DNA from: a virus
Strand: one strand, 5' to 3'
DNA length: 64,000 nt
Virus record (IMG/VR): IMGVR_UViG_3300038415_000014
Location: 32,001-96,000 of that record
Below the pieces are notes generated by a model. It saw only the letters and a program-made list of their open reading frames with translations, had not been told where the DNA came from and ran no database searches. Shown piece by piece: positions 29,901 to 39,114 of the stretch. The first letter of the stretch is position 1. Each line of letters starts with the position of its first letter. Position numbers and translations under genes: made by a program.

Positions 29901-30167
29901 CGTGATGACGGGGTTACCGTTGAAATAGAAGTCATCGAGCGTGTGGCGAGGAACACTCAGGCTGATGCTGGCGCTACCAGGGACGCTATCAATGTCGAGG
30001 TTCACCTGGATGCTCGTGATGTACTTGCCTAGGTCGAATTTTCTTTTACAGCTCGGGCAGCCAATTAGATCGGTCTCTCCATTGATGAAGACCATAGCAT
30101 CTGGCGCAATGGCTATTGTAGGCCTCAGATTAGGCTGGTAATTACCTTGGAATGGTCCGCGCGGCAT
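26961..30167 (-). CDS. Baseplate hub protein, gp27/gp44/gpD-like
   Basis: ITSIQVNL...GSASISL; KLEIANLCKEAVGFEFYMDVTGDIVFKPPFY; ATITIPHRPELRLG; upstream of the spike. Confidence 0.8.
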   Translation of the reverse strand: MPRGPFQGNYQPNLRPTIAIAPDAMVFINGETDLIGCPSCKRKFDLGKYITSIQVNLDIDSVPGSASISLSVPRHTLDDFYFNGNPVITTMMEVEIYSKGYYTLEGLPQYYPLFWGLVTEVGSSFSGGEHTVTIQCADILKWWELCRMNINPAFTGANPQLGRSIFGNTLYGTNVYDTIFSLSNMAFGDAIVATGSLTSLTKEQAQKATFRAAMGDIMQYWESRFTKIRSNLLLYGVNGIAIRGDSLAHAYKSGKATPGQQTIANAVRNANGGAAAAQLIFDPTDPGVTAFRTQFPSAGEVNFWQSEYQTKLEIANLCKEAVGFEFYMDVTGDIVFKPPFYNLDILSNKPISWIQDIDILDWDFTDSESEVVTQLTIEGNFGGSIDYGLGAEVTPFTSVTDYHLLRKYGWRSHTYPSEFMGDTMRMFYHGLDILDRINSKRNQATITIPHRPELRLGFPVYIAPLDEIWYIRGLNHNIQFGGRTTTSLSLTARRQKFVAPKGISTLNTGALKSKSATNQNSKVVTTQTDATTSPLTTRQLAQTSFKLDLGDAATLPPINVNPDDPKTLDPYQPLILRHPKTGKIVGYPNVVMVYSRPYDPRSAYTNVAGQKNPGTNTVVSKSNKSKVAQRQEQQQALDEVRVSLDKWANIQNKYSHNRYSYGLNSAGVYVYAYDVNKSVTQFALMPSKNITVSGDTSNVTFKDTTIKLDNPNTMVRPVSDERGFEVIGHFRYGRGVSLSDGSLIYNPGGKNTSVQVGVQLALAGDLLSTLNAQSQGITAVTTAYTNPADTVARLTPDDVQTAAALVTGQDGLKTPQFTSTSNNFVDIAPLGSPEAQGVPASVEASTLSRALTLAEMTIRSDLVPGDPQCSCQTGRDDLAFINVGYQVSSISQSSSAAGESLQGSSTAGGSSTSFSLLAEEDLTQPLPSIAKSSDVFQRVEQYLATLYKALDGPHQQLENSLRGDPSGVTPDVRKQPDLFTTSAQDQAYGNFAPPFSSPNRAALGDPVATAQQAVSSRNNLSQAFSSFGSNLQKNQKKAQLSQQIANLQANKGDPQTIANLQLQLNQLG

Positions 30168-30170
30168 GAG

Positions 30171-32285
30171 TTAGGTACCACCTGTTGAGGGGTTACGAGC
30201 ATCGAAGCTTGCAGCTTCAGTAGCATTGAGGGAGGCGTAGACCGAAGGATCTAGCCCTGGTGGTAGAGCTACTTGACCCCCTCCAGTGTTTGAAACCAAA
30301 CTCTGATTGGAAGTTGTCGGTAGTGGCTGCACATTCTGCGCCGACTTGAGGACATTGAAGTCAGTTTCTGTAGGCCCATCCAGAAGGAATGTAGCCCTTA
30401 CAGTGAATTCAATGTTGTATTCCAACGAGTATGGGGTAGTGTCCGCCTCGGTGACATTGAAACTATCAAACGATCCAATGTACAAGGTGTTGTCATAGTA
30501 GATGTAGATCGACCCAACGAGTGACAATCTTGCCAGTAGGTTGTTCTTGATGGTTGTATCGTTGAAGGTGTTCACGAACAACCCACCGTTGTTCCTATAA
30601 AGTAGGTACAAGCTCAAGAAGTTCTGGTAACTAGCTGAGTACTGACGAGCCACGCGCGTTAGACCAGGGCCACCACCTAGATTGTTTGGGTCCTTGCTAG
30701 GTTGTGAGTCGATGGCAAAGAAGGCCGCGATCTTGCCCGAGAGGCTCATCTTGTCTTGTTGCTCACCCCAGTGTTCAATGATAGGGCCTTCTCGCGTGAA
30801 GTTCCCATCCGAGACAACCCTCTCAGAGCTGATCTTGAAGCTAGCTGGGTTGACTAGGAGACGCAACGGAGGTGTAGTCCGCATGATGTCCAGGGCCAGA
30901 GCAGTCATAGCCGCTTCAGCTTTCTGGGCATTCTGATATTGTTGACCGAGCTCGGTCTTGTTCAGGTCAACCCTATCGGCGGTCTTGTCGTCATTCTTCC
31001 GAGCTGCACTCGCGTTAGGTGAACCGTCGGTGTTCCAATCCCCATTGGAACCATCTTGAGGTTGGACCGCCTGGGCTAGCAATGGACAGTTAGCCCCATA
31101 GACAGAGCCAGAGTTGAACCGGTATTTATTCTGTGGAGTTAGACCCCTTCCACCATTGGTGCTAGACCCTGGAGACGTCATATCCATGTACTGAAACTGA
31201 GTCTGATTAAAGGCGCAACAATCAGGAGCACCTTTTGGGATGCCACTAGCATCACTTAGACTTACCCCTGTACCTTTCATACCATTCGCAACCTGGGACA
31301 AGTTAGCAGGGAACCCATCGTAATAACCCCTAACAGAAGCGGTGAAATACCCTGCTTGAGCCAAAGAGGTGATATACCCAAGGGCGTCCCCACTCTGAGC
31401 TGCAGTTACTGTATTTGGGCTATTAGTTACATGCCTGATGAAGGCCTGTGCTCCAGCTTGTGTGTTATCAAACGCCTTGTAGTAGTTGCCATCGGATGCC
31501 AAGTAACTAGGAGTGTTTGCTGGTGGGGTATTCCCATAATTGACCATATTCCCGAAGTTATTACTGTATGAGTTACCACTAGTCTCCCTGAGACACTGAG
31601 CAGTATAGAACTGAATCTCAGTTGGGGTAGGCTCAGTACCAGTCACAGCTCGATAAGCATCAGTCATAGTGCTGTAGAGTTGGGGTACAGAGAAGTGCGT
31701 CAGTCGGGCATCAGTGCTCTTAGGGTCTATAGGCGCTCCTGCTGGTGACTTGATACCCCCATTCAAGGCCCCAGATCCTTGATCTATTGAGTATCCAGCT
31801 GAAGTAATATATGGCCCACCTGCTGAACCACCAGGCCCCAAAGTCCCTCCAGCTGCTGTAGACTTGGGACCATTGAAGTCCAACTCCTGAGTTGGATACC
31901 CCTGAGTCGCGCCTATCGAGGCCGACCTGTCCAAAGTCTTTCCAGTGATATTCGCTGTAGGAGGGATGAGCCCAACCACGAATAGCTTTGGATTAGCTTT
32001 GGTCTGAGCTATCGGGATGAAGTCTTCGTTGAGATCCGAACTTAGCTCCAACGACGAGTGGAACCCCAAGAGCTGGTAGATGGCTGGACCGTAATAGTCA
32101 GCCGCTTGCTCTATCTGATTGATGACCCGAGACTGACCCCCTTTGAGTTGTGGGGGCAGTGGATTGGCATTTGAGCTGCCACTACTGACAGGGGCAAATG
32201 TCTTCCCCTGAGCCGTCGTAGGATCAGTCGGGGTGTTCCCCCAAAAGTCCAAGTAGCCCTGTGGATTTGCTTCATTCCCTGCCAT
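30171..32285 (-). CDS. GH73-like peptidoglycan hydrolase fused to a tube-initiator (gp48/gp54-like) domain
   Basis: AQCLRETSG...NNFG...YKAF...LAQAGYFT resembles FlgJ/GH73; C-terminal LLVNPASF...EHWGEQ...SGK is paralogous to 32296-33018. Confidence 0.7.
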   Translation of the reverse strand: MAGNEANPQGYLDFWGNTPTDPTTAQGKTFAPVSSGSSNANPLPPQLKGGQSRVINQIEQAADYYGPAIYQLLGFHSSLELSSDLNEDFIPIAQTKANPKLFVVGLIPPTANITGKTLDRSASIGATQGYPTQELDFNGPKSTAAGGTLGPGGSAGGPYITSAGYSIDQGSGALNGGIKSPAGAPIDPKSTDARLTHFSVPQLYSTMTDAYRAVTGTEPTPTEIQFYTAQCLRETSGNSYSNNFGNMVNYGNTPPANTPSYLASDGNYYKAFDNTQAGAQAFIRHVTNSPNTVTAAQSGDALGYITSLAQAGYFTASVRGYYDGFPANLSQVANGMKGTGVSLSDASGIPKGAPDCCAFNQTQFQYMDMTSPGSSTNGGRGLTPQNKYRFNSGSVYGANCPLLAQAVQPQDGSNGDWNTDGSPNASAARKNDDKTADRVDLNKTELGQQYQNAQKAEAAMTALALDIMRTTPPLRLLVNPASFKISSERVVSDGNFTREGPIIEHWGEQQDKMSLSGKIAAFFAIDSQPSKDPNNLGGGPGLTRVARQYSASYQNFLSLYLLYRNNGGLFVNTFNDTTIKNNLLARLSLVGSIYIYYDNTLYIGSFDSFNVTEADTTPYSLEYNIEFTVRATFLLDGPTETDFNVLKSAQNVQPLPTTSNQSLVSNTGGGQVALPPGLDPSVYASLNATEAASFDARNPSTGGT

Positions 32286-32295
32286 GGTGATGCAC

Positions 32296-33018
32296 TCAAT
32301 CTACGTTAATAGGATTCCCAGGGGTACCAAGAGCCGGCTGAGCCACTGGACTTCCACTCGTAGGATTCAGCGCTCCGACCGTAGACCTGTTCGTGGATTG
32401 GAATTGAGCTGTCCTGAAGGGGACCAACTTCGCTGTCTGTGGGATCTGGTGAATGATTCTTTCGACCTTGAAGGTCCACGAGATCTTGAAAGCGAATGGA
32501 CTCTCCTCGGTCTCTTCAACCGAGAAGCTCCTAAAAGTTCCGACGTAAGTCCCACGATCGTACATCAAAAGTATCCACCCTTGAAGTACAATGGCCCCAT
32601 CAGGGTTGTACAAGCTGCCATTGTTCCTGTAGAGATCATACAGATCCCGGTAGCGATCCCAGGCAATGGTCCTTTGGCGCAGCAACGAAGACAACCCAGT
32701 GTAGAGATTGATAAATGCCCCTGTTGACTGTTCGCAAGAGACCTCAGTCAAGTCATCACCCCAATGCCACTCGATGTACCCACCTCGTGAGGGGGCTCTC
32801 TCGACCTTCTTGTTGAAGGTCTCATCAAAGCTCGATGGGTTCACATGCATGACTAGTGCATGTGGAAGGAGAGCCTTGTTGATATCAAAGGGTGTGGTAA
32901 CTTGGAAAGCTAGTGGGACATAGTGTTGGCGCGTATCTGCCCCATGGACATAGACAGGCTTACCCAACGGTTCAATGGGTGTGAAGTTCGATTGGTTAGC
33001 TGAAGGGATGTAAGCCAT
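32296..33018 (-). CDS. Tail tube initiator, gp48/gp54-like
   Basis: MHVNPSSF...GYIEWHWGDD...YVGTFRSFSVEE...FKISWTF; directly after the tape measure gene. Confidence 0.7.
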   Translation of the reverse strand: MAYIPSANQSNFTPIEPLGKPVYVHGADTRQHYVPLAFQVTTPFDINKALLPHALVMHVNPSSFDETFNKKVERAPSRGGYIEWHWGDDLTEVSCEQSTGAFINLYTGLSSLLRQRTIAWDRYRDLYDLYRNNGSLYNPDGAIVLQGWILLMYDRGTYVGTFRSFSVEETEESPFAFKISWTFKVERIIHQIPQTAKLVPFRTAQFQSTNRSTVGALNPTSGSPVAQPALGTPGNPINVD

Positions 33019-36000
33019 TAGTTGAACTTCTCCCTACGCTTGTACTCGTGGACCCCCTGAGCAACAACACGTTTGAGGTGGTTGGCAAGATCAGACCCAC
33101 CAATACCATCGACATGGAGGTGAATGTCCCCACCACCACCGGCTCCCGCGGGTAGGATTCGCTCCCCACGCCCAATAGAAGTCAGACCCCCACCAGGAGC
33201 TGGGTTGATGTTGGCGAGTCCTCCATTGATCCCAGTGACAACACCTCCAGCGGCATGTCCAACAAGATTAGCCTGATTGTTAGCTTTAGCTTGGTCCTGT
33301 TGCTTCTGGAAGGCATCAGCCATGGTGTTGAGGCCACCAAATCCAGAGTCCTTCATCTTCTTCAGGGTGTCCGCTGGATTCTGTGAGGTGTAGAGCGCGT
33401 ACTCGAACAAGGCTCTCTGAGCACCCTTGTAGATTACCTCCTGATACTCACCCTTAAGCTGGACCTTGTCGAGCTTGATGCCCTTCATCCTCATGGCTTT
33501 CCACAAGTCTTGAAGGCTATTGACCACAGCACCACCTGTGAAGTCGACTTGGTCCATGACCGCATCGTTCATCTTCTGCTCATCAGGTAGTGTGGGTGGG
33601 GTAAAGAAACCACCACCAGCGGGGGTTGCTGTGGCTGCTGGCGATGTAGCTGCCGGAGGGGCAGCAACAGGGACTGCTGCCCCTCCGGTACCAGGGTTCT
33701 CACTCTTGGCTGCAGCTGCTTGTTGACCAGTCGGAGCGGATGCGGGTGACCCACCAATACCCTTCAAACCAGAGGCTTGGTCCATCACCGTGGTCCTACC
33801 GGTGGCCCCGGTGAACCAAAGAGCCATTTTAGAATAGAGATCGGCTTCAGCCTTATCACTTAAGCCCCCAGCTGCTATAGAGGAGCCAACCGACTTTCCA
33901 CTCGCTTGAGCACTCAGTATCCTCTCAGCATCACTACCACCTATGCCAGCTTCCTTAAGTGCGCTGGCCAGATCATCGGCAACCTTCCCTGTCAAAGAAT
34001 CTGCGCTGAAGGCCCCAGCTATACTAGACTTTTGAGCTTCCTTCTTGGCGAGATCGTCCGGGTTAGTAGAGTGAAGTAGGGCGTCAATACCCTTGGCTGT
34101 AGATGAACCTGCTAGAGCCCCCATGTACTTGCCAACATCACCTTGAGAAGTACCCCAAGCAGCGTTAACATCAGCATTCTTTGAGGCTAGGGCTTGCTCT
34201 CTGATGGCTGACTTCTTACCAGACTTGAAACTAAGAGTGTCAGCGATATCCATCATAACACCATAGATTCGGTTGTACAGGGCATCGAAGATCAAGTCTA
34301 GCTTACTGAGCATGTCCTGAGTTCGTTGACCCTGCTGCTCACCCATCTCACGCATAGCTTTGGCGTCTTTTTCAGCTTGAGTCATGTTAGCCTCGGCGTT
34401 TTTATCGTCGAGACTCTTCCACAACTCGTCTTCAGTCATAGACGCGACCTGGTTTTTCAGGTAGTTCTTGTCACTCAGGGCCGCCTTCTCGTCATACTTC
34501 TTTAGCTTCTTCAGGACTGCAATGACGTCTTTACTACTGTCAGGGTCGTCAATCGCCCCCTCCAAGTCGTTCTTCTGCTGCTCTATTGCTCGCTCAATCC
34601 CAACGAAGGCTTCAAGTTGTTCTTCGCCTCCAGCTGCCAAAATCGCTGCTTGATGCCCTCGAACTCCCTGAGTCGAAGCCTCGGTGAACGACTTAGCCCC
34701 ACCTATTCTTAGGCCAGCTTTTTGAGCCTTATAGGCAGCATAACCCCCTGCGGTCTCCGCTGCTTGAGCTGCTCCATAAGCCCCTTGTTTCGATTGTTTA
34801 GCGGCCATTTCCAACTTCTGGAAGGCTTCAATCATCGCCCCAGCACCTTGGATCTTGCCAGCCTTCTCAAGCTTCCTCATGCTCTGGCCACCAACCGTTT
34901 TACCAGACAACAAGGATCGGGCAGACTTCTCATCAAGACCTGTAGCATCAACAACCTTGGACACTAGGTCCTTCAACTGGCCACTGATGTCATCCTGAAT
35001 AGCCTTGATCGCTGCAGGACCCCCAAGAAGCATAGACTTCAAACGATCTTGAATTGACTTTCCTTTGAAGCCCTTAGCGAACTCGGTAAGGAACTTCTGA
35101 GCAGTTCGAGGGCTCATCACCTTCCCCAACTGACCAAGCATCTTGGTGGTCTCTCCAATTCTCACCCCATAGAGGGCAAGGTCCGAGGAAACCCCACGAA
35201 GCATCGCAAAGAACTTGTTCTGAGCAATACCTGAGTCCTCAGCAGCTCGACCAATCATGTCGAACTCTTTGCCTAGATCATTCAACCCAGCGCCCATCTG
35301 CTGCATCATCTCAGCCTGCATCTGGGCGATCTCTTCAACCGAGACACCAAACAAGCGCGAGTACACAATGGACTGCTTGGAGATGTCAGTATAGTGGCCA
35401 AAGCTGACGGTCAACTTCTTCAGAGTTATACCCTCACGCTCCAAGGTATTGATCACCTGTTGGTGATCCTTGGCTGTGGTCCCCATGCTGAGGTTCATTT
35501 GCAAGTCAGTGGTCTCATCACGTAACCTACGTAGAGACTTGTCCAAGTTGTTCATGCCGATTTCTACGTTTTTTCCACCATCGGCATAGGTGTCCCAAGT
35601 AGATGCCCCCTCCAACACGGTACGGTTCATTTCCTTGACCGCGGCATCGGCATCAAGGAATAGCTTTACCAGGGCAAACATGGCGCTCCCCAGCATGGGA
35701 CCAAGCTTGGCTAAGCTACCAAGCAGTGGACCAATTCCCTGCATAGCTTTGCCGATGCCTTTAACAGCACCGCCCATCTTGCCACCCATCTCGCCACCCT
35801 TTGCAGATACCCCAGCACCCTTGGCCATTGCCATCTTGGCGAAGCCTTTAAGAAGGCTCCCGGACACTCTCCCACCAGCCTTAGCTAGTCCGAAGATGTC
35901 CTTCCCAGCCATCGAGCCAACAGCATCCTTGAAGCCCTCGGCTAGCTCGGCCCCCGTCTTGTGGGACTTGATCCCCTCAATGAACTCCTTGGCTTGCCTA

Positions 36001-36515
36001 GCTTGATCCGTACGCTTGTCGAGGTCCGCCGATGCTCCAGAGGATATCAGTTTTCTACCAAAAGCACCCCTCTTCTTGGTATAGTCCCTTTGAGCAAGAC
36101 GAACCAACTTTGAGCTGGACTTCCTCTCTTGCTTGAGTTGCTCCTCTAGAGCCTGCCTCTGCTCTTTGTCAGAAGTCTTACGTAGCTTTCGCTCTAGTTT
36201 CTGAATCTTCAGGTGCTCCCTTGTCACAGTCTGAGTGAGGCCCTTGTAGGACTTACCCATGTCATGGAAGTCCTTGTCGAACTTCTTCCGCTGTTTAGGG
36301 GACATCGAAAAGGATATGGCTCTGAGGGTACTCCTTGAATGGACTAGTTGCTTGTTGAAGTCACGGAGTGACTTCGAGTCGAAGGCCTTGATTTGAAGCT
36401 TGCTACTGACAGTTTTCCTCAGCTGCTTGTCGATCTTGGAGATCGCGCCCATCGCCCTTCGAGTCTCAAGCTCGATATTGAACGCTAGCTCAATATTCTC
36501 GCGATCAGTAGCCAC
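33018..36515 (-). CDS. Tape measure protein
   Basis: 1165 aa, helical, A/G/K-rich; C-terminal HAAGGVV...GERILP motif; follows the tube and chaperone genes. Confidence 0.9.
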   Translation of the reverse strand: MATDRENIELAFNIELETRRAMGAISKIDKQLRKTVSSKLQIKAFDSKSLRDFNKQLVHSRSTLRAISFSMSPKQRKKFDKDFHDMGKSYKGLTQTVTREHLKIQKLERKLRKTSDKEQRQALEEQLKQERKSSSKLVRLAQRDYTKKRGAFGRKLISSGASADLDKRTDQARQAKEFIEGIKSHKTGAELAEGFKDAVGSMAGKDIFGLAKAGGRVSGSLLKGFAKMAMAKGAGVSAKGGEMGGKMGGAVKGIGKAMQGIGPLLGSLAKLGPMLGSAMFALVKLFLDADAAVKEMNRTVLEGASTWDTYADGGKNVEIGMNNLDKSLRRLRDETTDLQMNLSMGTTAKDHQQVINTLEREGITLKKLTVSFGHYTDISKQSIVYSRLFGVSVEEIAQMQAEMMQQMGAGLNDLGKEFDMIGRAAEDSGIAQNKFFAMLRGVSSDLALYGVRIGETTKMLGQLGKVMSPRTAQKFLTEFAKGFKGKSIQDRLKSMLLGGPAAIKAIQDDISGQLKDLVSKVVDATGLDEKSARSLLSGKTVGGQSMRKLEKAGKIQGAGAMIEAFQKLEMAAKQSKQGAYGAAQAAETAGGYAAYKAQKAGLRIGGAKSFTEASTQGVRGHQAAILAAGGEEQLEAFVGIERAIEQQKNDLEGAIDDPDSSKDVIAVLKKLKKYDEKAALSDKNYLKNQVASMTEDELWKSLDDKNAEANMTQAEKDAKAMREMGEQQGQRTQDMLSKLDLIFDALYNRIYGVMMDIADTLSFKSGKKSAIREQALASKNADVNAAWGTSQGDVGKYMGALAGSSTAKGIDALLHSTNPDDLAKKEAQKSSIAGAFSADSLTGKVADDLASALKEAGIGGSDAERILSAQASGKSVGSSIAAGGLSDKAEADLYSKMALWFTGATGRTTVMDQASGLKGIGGSPASAPTGQQAAAAKSENPGTGGAAVPVAAPPAATSPAATATPAGGGFFTPPTLPDEQKMNDAVMDQVDFTGGAVVNSLQDLWKAMRMKGIKLDKVQLKGEYQEVIYKGAQRALFEYALYTSQNPADTLKKMKDSGFGGLNTMADAFQKQQDQAKANNQANLVGHAAGGVVTGINGGLANINPAPGGGLTSIGRGERILPAGAGGGGDIHLHVDGIGGSDLANHLKRVVAQGVHEYKRREKFN

Positions 36516-36518
36516 AGG

Positions 36519-37817
36519 TTATCTCCTAAACGGGGTTGCAGTAGGGCGAGGCGGGGGTAGAACCCTAATCTCAGAGGGGTCACGGGTGGTAGTACCCACC
36601 CCAGACGTTTGATAAGTGTTGTCACCTTGGTCCACATACTTGTTCAGGAAAGTCTCTAACCTCTCGTCAACCATCTCAGGGTAAACGATTCGCGAGGCGG
36701 CCGCTTGAGCGTTCAGTTGCTTCTTCCGCTTAACACGCTCCTCAACCTCGCTCTTGGTCAGACCCTGCATGTTGGTATCGGTCACATACGGGAGTGTGTT
36801 GTCCTTTCTCTTTTCCTCGTAAAGGGTCTTGAGCTTCTGCTGCCGTTCCTGTATCTGATCCCGTCTTCGTTGTTCTTCACGTGCAACAACCTCATCATGC
36901 CAATCGCGCTCCCCACGAAGGCTCTGCTCAAGCTGGGATGCCAACTCGTCTGAGGTTCGGGCTACCTTCAGGAAGTACCTTCCCTGTGTCTCAGCCTCTT
37001 CAGGGCTCTCATGAAGCAGCACTTGGCGGATGATCTTATCGCGCCTTTGAACTTTCTCCTCACGTTCCTTGACCCGTCGCTCCCTATCCTGGTTGTAGAT
37101 CTTGCGGATCTCTTTCCCAGCAAAGCATGAGCCAGTGAACTTAGCATTATCCCACTCACGCTCTGCTAAGTCTTTCAAGTCTTCATACTTATTGAGAGCT
37201 CTCCAAACGAGTTGTGCATAGTTTAGGCCAAGAATTTGAGTACCTGAAATTCCAGTACATGATGGGGACATCAAGTCTAGCCCGTCAAATTGCTTCCAAC
37301 GGTACCTGGAGTAACTCTCGACTTGGTAGGCTTCCGTGAGAGTCACAGCGTTCGAGGCTTTCTGGTTCACCTCGGACAAGTATTGGGTGATCTTGCTCTT
37401 GGCCCCTGCGGGGAGGGCAGCAAACATGTCTTCGAGCTGGGGTACCCATACATCCCTATCAGCAAGAATATTCTGCCCGTCGATCATGAACACTCCGTAG
37501 GCCATGAAGGCGCGGTAGTAGCGATCAATCGATTTCCCAGTGATGTCCCCTACGGGGCCTGACACCCACTGCAGGTACTCGAATTCCTTGTGATTAATCG
37601 ACTTGAAGACGAACTGGACACCATTGATGGTAGCTGGGAGGACGAGGAACCCCCTGAAGAGCAGACTCTCCACGTCACGGTAGATCCTAGGGTCTACCTC
37701 GGGTTCTTTCGGAGCAGTGATCCGAATGTTTTCGGGATCAACCTCTTCTGAGGCGACGGCTTCCTCGGCCCCCTCCACAAGTTGATTGATCCTGTCGTTG
37801 ATGGAGAGGTAACGCAT
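36519..37817 (-). CDS. Second tail assembly chaperone (GT-like)
   Basis: Position before the tape measure gene; INGVQFVFKSINHKEF resembles IDGCEVVLRSLQPDEY of the upstream gene. Confidence 0.6.
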   Translation of the reverse strand: MRYLSINDRINQLVEGAEEAVASEEVDPENIRITAPKEPEVDPRIYRDVESLLFRGFLVLPATINGVQFVFKSINHKEFEYLQWVSGPVGDITGKSIDRYYRAFMAYGVFMIDGQNILADRDVWVPQLEDMFAALPAGAKSKITQYLSEVNQKASNAVTLTEAYQVESYSRYRWKQFDGLDLMSPSCTGISGTQILGLNYAQLVWRALNKYEDLKDLAEREWDNAKFTGSCFAGKEIRKIYNQDRERRVKEREEKVQRRDKIIRQVLLHESPEEAETQGRYFLKVARTSDELASQLEQSLRGERDWHDEVVAREEQRRRDQIQERQQKLKTLYEEKRKDNTLPYVTDTNMQGLTKSEVEERVKRKKQLNAQAAASRIVYPEMVDERLETFLNKYVDQGDNTYQTSGVGTTTRDPSEIRVLPPPRPTATPFRR

Positions 37818-37820
37818 GGA

Positions 37821-38897
37821 TCAAACCCTCGGGGGTGATCGGTACCTTGGATTAACCCCCCCTACTGGTTTTCTATCCAAGATAGCCCCAAGGCTATTGG
37901 GGTCAGGTCTAGCTTGGCCACTTTGCACAGCAGGAGACGAGATAGGCATCCCAGGAACTGACTCGGCTACCCTAGTCGAACTCTGGACACTACGACCCCC
38001 ACTAGCGACTGGGTCCGCCTCCAGCGCTTCCAGCTCGCGCGACCTACGCATCACATCAGGTGACAATGGGATTGCGGGGGCTGCTGGCCTGACTACAACT
38101 TCTTCAGAAGGGGCTGCTCGGGTCACCGGTGGTGTTACTGGGACCGGTACACTGACCGGCATTTGATTCAAGGGGACTCTGGGCGGTCTCTGAGCTGAAG
38201 ACGAATCATAGTCCGCAACCTGAGCTGAGTACGTCTGGAGTGGCGCTACGGGACTCTCAGAGGAGGTTTCTGGGGCCACCCTCGATAGCCGCTGATCTAC
38301 CGACTCAAGTTCCTCTTTCGAACTTCTTGACAGATAGCCTGCGTCATTGAGCATTCTGCCTGCCAGCTCAAAGGGTATCTGCCCTTCAAGTTCCTTGACC
38401 TCTAAGAGCAAGCGTCGGAACTTGTCCTCTGGGGTCTCATCTGGGAGTCGGAACTCAATTCCATCAATAGCCAAGGCTTCAGCCTTGTCGAGTACGTCCC
38501 CAAACTTACGAAACGCAGTATCGATTGCCGGAATGGACCAAGATCTCAGGATGTAGTCAGCTACGAACTTATGCCGTTCGATAGCGATGGGCCTGAGCTG
38601 CTTGACACCATCTACCTCTTCTTCGCTCTCGACCTCGACGAAGTCATACTCTCGAAGACTCTCGCCATTGATCTCTATCAGAGATCGACACAGATGTCCC
38701 TCCCTGTAAGCCTTGGCGTAAGCCGCGTCTTCAAGGTCCGCGATCTCATCCAAGATGGCTTGATACTCGTCAGGCTGTAGGCTACGCAGTACGACTTCAC
38801 AACCGTCTATCGTGAACTTCTCTTCTGCTTCACCTACTCGCTGAGCCTTCTGAATCGCATCTTGAATCTTAGTTGCTTTTAGTCTTTTCGTTGCCAT
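37821..38897 (-). CDS. Tail assembly chaperone (G-like) with Pro-rich tail
   Basis: First gene after the tube; acidic N-terminal domain and low-complexity P/A/V C-terminus. Confidence 0.65.
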   Translation of the reverse strand: MATKRLKATKIQDAIQKAQRVGEAEEKFTIDGCEVVLRSLQPDEYQAILDEIADLEDAAYAKAYREGHLCRSLIEINGESLREYDFVEVESEEEVDGVKQLRPIAIERHKFVADYILRSWSIPAIDTAFRKFGDVLDKAEALAIDGIEFRLPDETPEDKFRRLLLEVKELEGQIPFELAGRMLNDAGYLSRSSKEELESVDQRLSRVAPETSSESPVAPLQTYSAQVADYDSSSAQRPPRVPLNQMPVSVPVPVTPPVTRAAPSEEVVVRPAAPAIPLSPDVMRRSRELEALEADPVASGGRSVQSSTRVAESVPGMPISSPAVQSGQARPDPNSLGAILDRKPVGGVNPRYRSPPRV

Positions 38898-38949
38898 TCT
38901 CGCACCTCAATTGGTGTGAGAAGGACTGAGCGGGAGAACGGGGAAAAGT

Positions 38950-39053
38950 AATTTACATCTACATCCCAGCTAGAACTTATGATCTAGGCTCCACAAGTGG
39001 AGATTGGGTCAAAACTGATCTGAATCTAATCTGATTTTACTACATCTACATCC
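38950..39053 (-). promoter_or_regulatory. Intergenic element: 13-nt direct repeat flanking two hairpins
   Basis: tacatctacatcc at 38954-38966 and 39041-39053; ctaga/tctag (38970-38987) and ctccac-aa-gtggag (38989-39002). Confidence 0.55.
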
Positions 39054-39114
39054 GTGTCCGCTGGTCCATCTCATCTATGCCTCGGAGATAACCATGTCTC
39101 AGAACCAAGCTATA

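Noticed and set aside
37850-37866. Canonical -1 slippery site in the chaperone gene
   Set aside because: The G7 run does not fit X XXY YYZ in frame, and the next gene is in frame 0, so a shift would not join them.
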